Shown: positions 38,863 through 48,400 of the stretch, in pieces
How positions within the stretch are numbered: position 1 is the stretch's first letter
Layout: the number at the start of each line of letters is the position of its first letter
From: Promethearchaeota archaeon
GTDB lineage: Archaea; Asgardarchaeota; Lokiarchaeia; Sigyniarchaeales; SOKP01
Assembly (NCBI GenBank): GCA_016839745.1
Contig: JAEOTS010000001.1
Span: 1-50,820, forward strand
Length of the DNA stretch: 50,820 nucleotides
Reading direction: 5' to 3'
Made by a program: the position numbers and the translations under genes
The notes under the pieces: model-generated
The model's input: only the letters and a program-made list of their open reading frames with translations
Databases searched by the model: none
Told to the model about the DNA's origin: nothing

Positions 38863-40128
38863 CTAATAATTTGAGTAGCTAGTCTCTTTAAATCTCTTTT
38901 TCCTACTCCGTCTGATTAAGATTGTTATTCCAATGGCAAGAACTGCAAGTATCACACCAATTATTATGAGAACAATAATTTCTGGAGCAATTAGATTAAC
39001 ACCTATTACACTCACTTTGAAGCTATATTCATAATCAAATACTGATGTAACATATGAGACAATACACGGATGAGGAAATTCGCTCGTATCATTTAGTTGA
39101 GGAATAGAAAACCAAGCTCCAACATTAAAATTGAAACGCATATAATCTATGTGATTAAAATAGTTGGTTTGTTCATCCCAAGTAGGATCACATGCAATCC
39201 ATCCTATGTTTGGAACATAGTATTCAACCCACGCATGTCCTAAAATATTAGATGGCTTACTTGAACTTGAATAAAAATTCCACTCTTGACCGATATAGGG
39301 TTTCGTAGAAGCAACGTTAGAAATAACAAAACCAGTAACTTTGCGTGCTGGTATTCCTTGACATCGTAAGAGTGTAATCATTAAACTAGAATATTCGCTA
39401 CAATCGCCCATTTGATTTTCGTAAGCCCATTTAGCTCCTTTCTCTTGATCGGGAAGACTACCATTGTATTCTAAGTGATCAACAACCCAATCACAAATTT
39501 TTTGAGCTTTAACCACAGGATTATCGCTGGGATTAACAATACTATAAGAGGTAGCATTTATGTTAAAATCGTTTTTTTCGTAGTAAGTTTCGGAGTTATT
39601 ACAATATAACGCAAAAATCTCATCAGAAGTATCATAAACACCTATTTCTGATGAATCAATATTGTTAAAGAAGACTTCATTTAATTTAACCCGGTATTTT
39701 TGATTTAAAGTAATTGTTTCACTTGGTAAAAGATTAGAAGCATTAAAAACATCGTAGGTATTGTTAAATCTATCTCTATATATGAATGGAGTAGTATCAC
39801 TGCCAGTTATACTACTATACTGTAATTCACTTTCTTGATATGGTCCCGAATATTGAGTTAAAGAGGAATTTGGATGACGATCGTTTAACCTTGAAAACTT
39901 AAACCAGTAATCAGGGTTAATCCCCGCTGAATGCGTTAATGTAAAGTTTATTTCCACACTGTATGTAACGCTTTGAGGAATTTCATAATTTGAAACCCCA
40001 ATACTAGATTTAATCGCTATTGCTGTAAATTTTAATTGATTTGGGGCTGCTATAACCATCGAAAACGGTAAGACAATAAGAGGAAATAATATTACGATTA
40101 GAATAAATGTAAATTTTAATGATCTCAT
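38863..40128 (-). CDS. Membrane-anchored secreted transglutaminase-like protein
   Basis: GDCSEYS, HAWVEYY and WIACDPTW triad; signal peptide; C-terminal TM followed by RRSRKKR. Confidence 0.9.
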   Translation of the reverse strand: MRSLKFTFILIVILFPLIVLPFSMVIAAPNQLKFTAIAIKSSIGVSNYEIPQSVTYSVEINFTLTHSAGINPDYWFKFSRLNDRHPNSSLTQYSGPYQESELQYSSITGSDTTPFIYRDRFNNTYDVFNASNLLPSETITLNQKYRVKLNEVFFNNIDSSEIGVYDTSDEIFALYCNNSETYYEKNDFNINATSYSIVNPSDNPVVKAQKICDWVVDHLEYNGSLPDQEKGAKWAYENQMGDCSEYSSLMITLLRCQGIPARKVTGFVISNVASTKPYIGQEWNFYSSSSKPSNILGHAWVEYYVPNIGWIACDPTWDEQTNYFNHIDYMRFNFNVGAWFSIPQLNDTSEFPHPCIVSYVTSVFDYEYSFKVSVIGVNLIAPEIIVLIIIGVILAVLAIGITILIRRSRKKRFKETSYSNY

Positions 40129-40280
40129 AATAAATAAAACCTAACCCTAATTTCTACTACAATAATAAAAATCTCTCTTTTTAATTCTTCTGGTATTTTT
40201 ATTAAAAAAGAACATTATTAAGACAGAATTTTTATTATGGTAGTAATTAAAATTTGTGATAATACTAAGGGTAAGGTACT

Positions 40281-40922
40281 ATTATCTACAAGATTTTTCT
40301 AATTGATAGCGACAATGGAATTTCTCTTTTAGAAGCTACTTTTAAATCTTTAAAGGAGGATAATAAAAGTAAAGATGTCATTCCTGGTTTCTTTAATGAA
40401 ATCAATGATATAATTGATAAAATACAGGATGCTATGGTAAAAGGTAGTAATAGAGAAGACATGACAAGAATTGTAGAATCTGAAAATTCAACTATTATTA
40501 TTATCTATCATCTACTTTCAAGAATATTATTTTGTTCAATCTCTGACCCTGATGACGATGTAGATAAAACAATTGAAGTAATTCATAAAATTTCGAGTCG
40601 GTTTTGGAAAAAACATCAATCAGACATAAAAATGTTTCGAACAACATCGCAGAAATCTCGTTTTCAAACAATTATTGCTGATATTGAAAACATATGTCAA
40701 GGGGGCAAAATAGCAGAGGTCTTTCCTAAATTATTAGTAGTGAAGAAAGTTTTAGAAAAGATAATGTCAATGGGAATGATAAACGAGGAAGATTTCCAAG
40801 TTGCTTTAAGATGCACTGGTGAAGCCTCCCCGTTAAGAATAGCAAGAATGATAGCCAAACCTCGCAACGATGTAAATATTGTATTAAAAAAATTAGAAGA
40901 ATTAGATATTGTAAGTTTTTAA
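40281..40922 (+). CDS. Longin domain + winged-helix protein (N-terminus extended to an inferred ATT start)
   Basis: Frame is open from 40275 (TAA at 40272): IIYKIFLIDSDNGISLLEATF...; C-terminal SPLRIARMIAKPRNDVNIVLKKLEELDIV resembles a wHTH. Confidence 0.7.
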   Translation: MIYKIFLIDSDNGISLLEATFKSLKEDNKSKDVIPGFFNEINDIIDKIQDAMVKGSNREDMTRIVESENSTIIIIYHLLSRILFCSISDPDDDVDKTIEVIHKISSRFWKKHQSDIKMFRTTSQKSRFQTIIADIENICQGGKIAEVFPKLLVVKKVLEKIMSMGMINEEDFQVALRCTGEASPLRIARMIAKPRNDVNIVLKKLEELDIVSF

Positions 40923-41084
40923 TTATAACAATTTTATCGTCTAAGCTTCTCCTTTAAATATAAAATAAACTTGCCTTAAAAACAATCTTTAAACTTAATA
41001 TCAAAGGATATTGAAATAGAAAAAAATAAAAGTCTTCTAAATTTATCTCATTTACCTTGTAATGAACTTGGTGACTCTTTGATT

Positions 41085-41690
41085 ATGGAAAATAATAAAA
41101 TTATCGTAGCGATGGCAATATCCCCAGCAAAAGATGCTCATCTACGCAATGGGAAAGGATTTTCTTTGTTGGAAATAAAAGAAGCTGGTAAAACAGTGGA
41201 ATTATTAAGAGAATTAAATATAAATATCGATTTCTTCAGGAAATCTAAACACAAAGCTAACATTGAAGCGCTAAAAAAATTAAAACTAGATAGCAAAACG
41301 AGGAAAAAAAAGAAACCTTACGAGTTTAAAGAAAAGAAAAGAACGCCATTCAAACCAAAACAAGAAAAAGCGAGAAAGAAACCCGCTAAAGTGAAAAAAG
41401 TAACGCAAGAACCTAAAGCTATAAAAAAGGCACCACCTCCAAAGAAAGAGAAGGTTAAAAAAGAACCAAAACCAGCAAAGAAGGAATTGTCAACAACCGA
41501 AACGACAAAGTTAACTTCTTTATCAGGTTTGGGTCCTACGACCGCGAAAAAATTTGAAGAACTTGGAGTAAGTTGCGTTGAAGAGCTTGTCAATGAGGAT
41601 CCTGCAGAATTAGCGTCTTTAATTAAAGGAGTATCTGAAGAACGAATAGCAAATTGGATCAATGAATGCAAAGAATTGTTAAATAAATGA
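41085..41690 (+). CDS. rpl13e: Ribosomal protein eL13 fused to a Lys-rich linker and a helix-hairpin-helix domain
   Basis: R.GKGFSL.EIKEAG...ID..RKS.H..N (L13e); C-terminal LTSLSGLGPTTAKKFEELGV...IKGVSEE. Confidence 0.8.
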   Translation: MENNKIIVAMAISPAKDAHLRNGKGFSLLEIKEAGKTVELLRELNINIDFFRKSKHKANIEALKKLKLDSKTRKKKKPYEFKEKKRTPFKPKQEKARKKPAKVKKVTQEPKAIKKAPPPKKEKVKKEPKPAKKELSTTETTKLTSLSGLGPTTAKKFEELGVSCVEELVNEDPAELASLIKGVSEERIANWINECKELLNK

Positions 41691-41729
41691 TATCCTAACT
41701 ATTTTTTATAAATTATATCAATACGCGAT

Positions 41730-42230
41730 TTGGCAATGGAGTATAATTACTACAGTTACGAAAAGCCGGAAGGTAAAATAGAGGTTCAAAAATTACCTAT
41801 ATGGTTTAAAGAGGTAAAATTTGAGGGCAACGAAATGGAAGGCAATATAACTCTTCATTCTCAAAACGATTACGACGAGATTTATGGTTCTAACGCCAAA
41901 ATGGACATCTCTTGGGAAAAAAGATATAGAAATACTTTGTATCATGGGAAGGAAGTACAAAAATCAATCGAGCTATATAATGCCCTTGACTTCGTTATTA
42001 CTCAAAGAGAAAATACTTGGCTTCTTTCGCATGAGTTTGTGTCTTGGTTTGGACAAAGAACAAAAATGATTAGGAAACGATATTACCGAGAGAAATGTAT
42101 CCATGGAATTTTCTACTGCGATATAACTGAACGCTTAATTAATATTCATATTAATGTTATTGATAAACATTACGAAAATTTCAAACCTTTTATAGTAAAA
42201 TCCCTTACTACATTTGTTTGTCACAAGTAG
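41730..42230 (+). CDS. Hypothetical protein
   Basis: 166-aa ORF; beta-rich with HGIFYCDITERL. Confidence 0.6.
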   Translation: MAMEYNYYSYEKPEGKIEVQKLPIWFKEVKFEGNEMEGNITLHSQNDYDEIYGSNAKMDISWEKRYRNTLYHGKEVQKSIELYNALDFVITQRENTWLLSHEFVSWFGQRTKMIRKRYYREKCIHGIFYCDITERLINIHINVIDKHYENFKPFIVKSLTTFVCHK

Positions 42231-42241
42231 ACTTAATTGCT

Positions 42242-42997
42242 TTATGTTTTTTCTTTAACGACTTTTTGTGTTAAAATAAAGAAATTATCTTTTCGATTAG
42301 GACCACCCTTCTTTGATATTACCCTGATTATATAGATTTTCAACAAGTTCTTTATTTCCTTAAGAGAAAAAAAGTGGTAATACCTATTATAAGTAATATT
42401 CTTATTCGAAATGGTCCAAGGGATGTATTTATCTCCATATTCTATCAAACCTAGATTTTCTTGAATTTTGTCATATTTTGATATAAAAAATCTTTTAATC
42501 CTATCATTAATGAAATAGAATCGATATTTTTTTTGATATCGACGCCACACTGTAAGGACAAAAAATCCATTATTTTTTAAGATACTATAGAGTTGGGACA
42601 TAATATCATTTCGGTGGTTGTCTCTTCTTATGTGATGAATTGTAGCAATTGAAAATATGTTTTTAATGGCGTTAGGTCTCAAAGGTAAAAATTTTACATC
42701 GCTAAGAATTATATTGACAGATTTAGGATTAAATTTCGATTTAATGTTTTGTTCCTCTAATCTATTTCGCGCTAATCTTAAAAGTTCTATAGAGTTATCT
42801 ATAGCAACTAATTTACTATTAGAATGTAGAAATAAATCGAAATTTCTGCCATTTGCACATCCTAAATCAAGATTAGTACCATGAAAGTGAATTCCTTTAT
42901 CAGCTAGCTCCCTTAGAAAAATTTCTAAATCTTTCCAATGATAACGTCGCTTATTATGATAATCGTTTGCGAAAAAATCGTAGGAATTTTTTTCCAT
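42242..42997 (-). CDS. Class I SAM methyltransferase, Trm9/ALKBH8-like
   Basis: DLGCANGRN, SIATIHHI, LTVW and IPW...YNRYYHFF. Confidence 0.75.
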   Translation of the reverse strand: MEKNSYDFFANDYHNKRRYHWKDLEIFLRELADKGIHFHGTNLDLGCANGRNFDLFLHSNSKLVAIDNSIELLRLARNRLEEQNIKSKFNPKSVNIILSDVKFLPLRPNAIKNIFSIATIHHIRRDNHRNDIMSQLYSILKNNGFFVLTVWRRYQKKYRFYFINDRIKRFFISKYDKIQENLGLIEYGDKYIPWTISNKNITYNRYYHFFSLKEIKNLLKIYIIRVISKKGGPNRKDNFFILTQKVVKEKT

Positions 42998-43160
42998 AGT
43001 TTAATTTATGACTGATTTTTTAATTTATAAAATTTTATTAATATAAATATTATAACGAATTATTCACTATTTAGGAAGGAATAACTAAAAAAATTAAGAT
43101 TATCTAATTTATTAAATTTTGAACTTATCTACAGAGTTATTATAATCACACGAGAGTAAA

Positions 43161-44744
43161 ATGGAAGATCTAAAAACTATAATTACAGAACTAGTTGATT
43201 CATTGAAAGAAGATATAGGGGAATTCTATAAGATTTATGAGGCATACTTGACCGACCTTATACTCTCAAAAAATATTAATGTTTCATTAATTATTGATTC
43301 AGATGAACAAAAGGATACGAAAAACAAAATTCTTTCTATTATAGCTCTTACAAATTCTGCGTTTATTACAATAGGAGTGTCAAAAAATAAATTAACTGCA
43401 GATACTGAGCTATACCAAGAATTATATGAAAATAATAGAAGTAGTTTTAGTACTTATTTATCTTTTTTGCAACTAGGATTAAACGATTACATTAATAAGC
43501 ACCTATTTATTATAATTTTAGAGTATTTAATAGACAAGGATGACAAGATAATCGAAAATTTAGATCTTTTTGATTTGTTACCTCACGAATTTCGCAAAAA
43601 ATTAACTAGATTGAGGAACGAAAGCAAATTATCAGGAAAAATAAAGAAACATCTTAAAATTTTTAATAAGGAGTTGTTAAAATATTTTAATCCTTCTAAA
43701 TTAACATTTAAAGTGGAGGATTTTAAGATAGAAGATCCCATGGAAACGATATCTGAAGAAGAAATATTGAAAAAATTACAGGAAGCTCGCCAAGACAACA
43801 TAGAAGCTATTACCCAAACCTCATACCAAGTAAGCAATGATAATCTACTAAATAAAGGAAAAACGCCCTCACTCTTAAATTATTTCGTGAATTTTCCTAA
43901 ATTAAATCAATCTATTACGAATAAAATAAATATCAATATAAAACAGCTAAGAACATTTATTACCTCTTCTCCTGAATTTCTAGATTTAGAAAATTTGTAT
44001 TACATAGTTAATATTTTTAAGATGTTTGGAGAGGAACTACAACTAGAACCGGGATATGTTAAAAATATCGTAAATAATTTTATTAGTGGAAAAATATTTA
44101 GCACTGGTAGATACCATAAACCAAATTCAATTAGTGTATGTCATGGTCTTTCTGTTCTTTTTGAATTAGATTTTTTGAATAAATCAGAACTTGTTGATTT
44201 ATTAGATATTGAAATGTTTTTAGAAAACGAACTCAACCCTTTTATTCCTGTTAATTTATATTTTAATTTTTTTACCATTTTAAGCTTAAAAATGTTAAAA
44301 AAAAGCGGTGGAATTATAACAAACAAAAGTCATCTTATTGAACCACTGGTAAAACTTGATTTATTCAATTTAGAAGGATTTAAACCATCCTCAGATATGT
44401 TTTTTTACTTAGGTCTATTGAAGTTGTTAGATGATAGAATTGATTTTAATAATTTACGAGCTCCCTATTTAACCGAATTAGAAAAACAAATACTCCCCAA
44501 TGGATCTGTCAATGGTAATATTACAGACACAGCTAGAACATTATTAACATTAGTGTTACTGGATTCAACTGAGAAAGAAATAAGCATCATTTCCGAGTTA
44601 TTAAAGTTTTTAAATCAGGATTTAAATTTCTTTACAGAAAGCCAAGTTTTCGGTGATTTTACTTGGGATCATAACAAAATCGCATTCAAAATCGAGTTGC
44701 GCATGTTATTTTGGATGTTATTAGCGCTCTCGCAATTTTTTTAA
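43161..44744 (+). CDS. Hypothetical helical protein, possible C-terminal alpha/alpha toroid
   Basis: 527-aa ORF; repeated Leu-rich helices; PNGSVNGNITDTARTLL. Confidence 0.6.
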   Translation: MEDLKTIITELVDSLKEDIGEFYKIYEAYLTDLILSKNINVSLIIDSDEQKDTKNKILSIIALTNSAFITIGVSKNKLTADTELYQELYENNRSSFSTYLSFLQLGLNDYINKHLFIIILEYLIDKDDKIIENLDLFDLLPHEFRKKLTRLRNESKLSGKIKKHLKIFNKELLKYFNPSKLTFKVEDFKIEDPMETISEEEILKKLQEARQDNIEAITQTSYQVSNDNLLNKGKTPSLLNYFVNFPKLNQSITNKININIKQLRTFITSSPEFLDLENLYYIVNIFKMFGEELQLEPGYVKNIVNNFISGKIFSTGRYHKPNSISVCHGLSVLFELDFLNKSELVDLLDIEMFLENELNPFIPVNLYFNFFTILSLKMLKKSGGIITNKSHLIEPLVKLDLFNLEGFKPSSDMFFYLGLLKLLDDRIDFNNLRAPYLTELEKQILPNGSVNGNITDTARTLLTLVLLDSTEKEISIISELLKFLNQDLNFFTESQVFGDFTWDHNKIAFKIELRMLFWMLLALSQFF

Positions 44745-44759
44745 ATCGGGAGAGTAAGG

Positions 44760-45377
44760 TTATCTTTCTAAATTAAAAATCGTTAGGATAAAATTACTTA
44801 CTGAAGGTATAATTAACCCTTCTTTAACACTTTCATTCCATTTTTTGATTAACACTGTGTTTTTAGTTAAATCTTGGATAACTTTTTGACCCAATTGGAT
44901 CCAAGTCTCCTTTTCGATGATTGGTTTTTCTTCTCCAATTCCTTGACAATATTGAAGTCCTTTTTCAGTATAAAATACTTTAATGGAATTTTCAGTTGAA
45001 TTTACTTTATTAATAAGGAGCTTAAAGGTAAAAGGAAAAGTCCTACAAAAATTTGGTCTAAATTTGTAAATCGAACATCTCTTTTCTTTGGTGTTGTAGA
45101 AGTAACATTGACCATTTGATTTTTTTTTAAGCCCGGTAAACGCTAAACCTCTTTCTGTCTCAATAGGAGGAACAACCATTCTATCTATTTCTTTAGTTGT
45201 TGGTTTTTTATCGAATATGTAGAACCCTAAAATTTCAATGACTTCATCTTGAGTAAGATTTAAGCCATCTCTGATGCGAAGAATATCTAAATAAGTAGTA
45301 TTTACAAGTGTGTTTAAATCGGTACAACATTTACCACAATGTACGCATTCAAACTTTAAATCACTTATATTGTTCAT
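44760..45377 (-). CDS. YkgJ-family CxxCxxCC cysteine-cluster protein
   Basis: CVHCGKCC...CYFY...CSIYKFRPNFCRTFPF. Confidence 0.88.
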   Translation of the reverse strand: MNNISDLKFECVHCGKCCTDLNTLVNTTYLDILRIRDGLNLTQDEVIEILGFYIFDKKPTTKEIDRMVVPPIETERGLAFTGLKKKSNGQCYFYNTKEKRCSIYKFRPNFCRTFPFTFKLLINKVNSTENSIKVFYTEKGLQYCQGIGEEKPIIEKETWIQLGQKVIQDLTKNTVLIKKWNESVKEGLIIPSVSNFILTIFNLER

Positions 45378-45417
45378 AATTAAATTAAGAAAAAATAAAT
45401 AAAAAATAGCTATTAAT

Positions 45418-48400
45418 TTATTTTGTTGATGGTATAATAAGTTGCTTCTTTATCAAGGTTTCAATGCCATCTATAACAGTATCTCGATTTTTTTCGTGAA
45501 TAAGTTCAAATACTGTCTCAAGATAAAACTCTTGTTTACTTTTAGCAATCGAATAGATAACGTTCAAAATGCGGGTTTCCATTGAATTTAATTCATCCTC
45601 CTTTCTTATTTTAGCTATGAATTCTGCGTTATTTATAGTAAAAGCCTCTTTGTAAGATAATTCTACGTATTTTTTTACAATTGGGGGGAACATGGATTCA
45701 AATTCGTGAATAGCTCCATCCCAATTCCCTATTTGCTCTGAAAGCTCCAACATTGCCCCTAGAGATAAATCAGAAATCTGCTTTTTCATTCGATCAGAAG
45801 CTCTGTCGGTGAGAAGAAAAATAATACGCAAGTCCTGTCGATCACAGATCAAACAATAAAAATATTTGAAGTCCAGTTCTAAGATTGTTCGAGTGCCATC
45901 TTCTTCGTCAAGTTCGACTAATTCTCTACCTTCTCCTCTTTTGCCAACCATTTCCTCTCCTACTGTTATTATAGCTTGAATAAACCCGGAAAAGATTTCT
46001 TTTTTGTGTTTTTCTAGAATAGAATAGCTTTTAGTATAAAGTGGAATTCCGCTATCTCTATGAATAGCAACGATTGCTTGAATATTTTCTATATCTTTAA
46101 ACCTTTGAGTTCTAGCTAGTAATTCTGCTTCTCTTCTTCTTCTCCTTGGCAAAATAACGTACGATCTCAAGCTCAGTATGCCTAAAGCACCAATAATTAT
46201 AGCTGAAATTAAAATTATAATCCAAATCAGAAAAGTAGGAAATTGTGGTTCACCTATAACTAAAAGAAATGAAGATTGCGTTGTCTTGTATACTGTTCCC
46301 TCCTTCGATATGATGAGATTAAATATAAAATTTCCTTGCAAGTTTTCAGGCAATCCTACTGATAGTTGATATGTGCCGGGAGTTATTTCTTCTAACTCCC
46401 CCACTCCATAAGTCCATTTGTATAAAACAGAAGCATTTTCGATAGGTTGATTAGTTTCAATATCTAATAGTTCTATTTGTAGCACTAATGATCCTCCTAT
46501 ATCAACTTTTATGGTTGGATTTGCATCTTCATGACCAACTATATCCACATCAAATTCAATTCGATCAATCAAAATTTCAAAGCCAAATGTTTGCTTTCTG
46601 TAATTAGAATGTTCAAACTTCAAATATATAAAATTGATTCCAGATGAGAAATTTTCCGGTAAACATTCAATCGATGAGTTATACCAGTCATCTACATATT
46701 CTGTTAAATTTTTTTTGTATGACGCGCTAATCCAAGTAAAATTGCCTCCCGAAATATTATTTTTATCTATGATTGACATCGCTTTAGCTGAAATATTGAT
46801 TATATCAAAGTAAGCAACCTCATTCAGAGAATTCTCTTGAATTTCAATCGAATTGATGTAAACTGAGAGGTTAACAGATTGCTTGATAATTTGAAATTGA
46901 TATACATAATGTTGAGGTTCATACTCATTTGCGGAAAACGTAAAATTAATCTGATATATACCGATATTATCAATATAGGAAGTATTAAATTCAATGTCAT
47001 AAGTTCCATTGCCAAGATTCTCAATTGAATAATAGGAGGGATTATTTATACTAACATTTACTGTTGCTCCATCAATACCGTCCCCACTATAATCAGTAAA
47101 CTTAAACTTAATGGTACTATTTGCGTGTAATTCTATATTATATTCAGATTCGAGTCTTTGTAAGCCAGTTTCTTCCCCTAGATTTATTTCAAGTGTAAGG
47201 TTACTTTCTATAAAGCCTAGTTTCGACGAGTTTATTAAAATCTCGTATACACCTTTTGAAGTTAGATCAGCGGTATCAAGAATAGTTTCATAAATACCAA
47301 TAGCAGCTTCAGTAAAGTTAAGAATGGATCCCCCAGTCCAATTATAGGAAACTATTGCATCAGAAATAGATAGATCATTTTCTGGATCGGTTAGAATAAT
47401 TCTTACAGGAATTATATCGCCTACAAATCCATCAGTTACTAAATCTGGTTTAGCATCGTCAGGTTTTAACAACTGAATTTGGCTTTGATGGTTTACAATA
47501 AAATTAGATTTAACACCACCTAACGCTGTTCCATTACTCCAGAATAAAGTATAGTCAAATTGACCCCCTGTAGTATTTAACGCAGAGAATGTAATTTCTG
47601 AAAAGAACACTGTTCCATTTGACAAGGGCGAATTCACTTCTGAATACCATTGATTTCCTTCGGGGTCAAATATCGTTAAATTTACTTCTGTTAACTCAAT
47701 ATTTATAGGAATTCGACCACTGTAGTTTACTTGAGTTTTAATTCTTGTTGATTCACCAGTATCAAAATTAGTGTGTGTCCATTCACCTTGTTTTAATAAT
47801 TTTGTATTTGATTGATTTAAAAAATTAGGTGATGTTGCTTTAAAAGTCCACCAACCAGGAAAAATTGCATAAGATTTATTGATTTTAAGTAAAGGATCTC
47901 CAACTTTGCCATCTTCGAAGGTTATTTCTTGTAGAGTGGGATCCAATGCTGATATGATTTCCCAATCTTCTGGCTTATTGATATCAATTTCAATATCAGT
48001 ATATTGATTTGGGATGTATAAATTGTGATAATATTTCCAATAGATAGTCCCATTTTCTAATATTTCGTATAAAACACCTTCAGTATTTTGTTGATTAATC
48101 ATTGAATTCCCGAAATTATATCCATAAACAGTTGTATCCAAATCAAATTCAAGGTGAGGAGAAGTTGTATTTATTGTTAATGTAATAGGATTTGTATCCC
48201 AAATTTGACTAATTGTTTGATTTGATGAACCCCAATCTGAACTATCTTGTAAGGTCTGTGAATTAATAGTTAAATCAACTCCAGGTTGAGTGGCGTTTGC
48301 TTTAGTTGTTACAACTAAAGAAACATTATCAAACCATACAATATTTGTAAAGCCATCTTCAATCGCCCATCCGCTTGTATAGGTGTAGCCCGAACCAATT

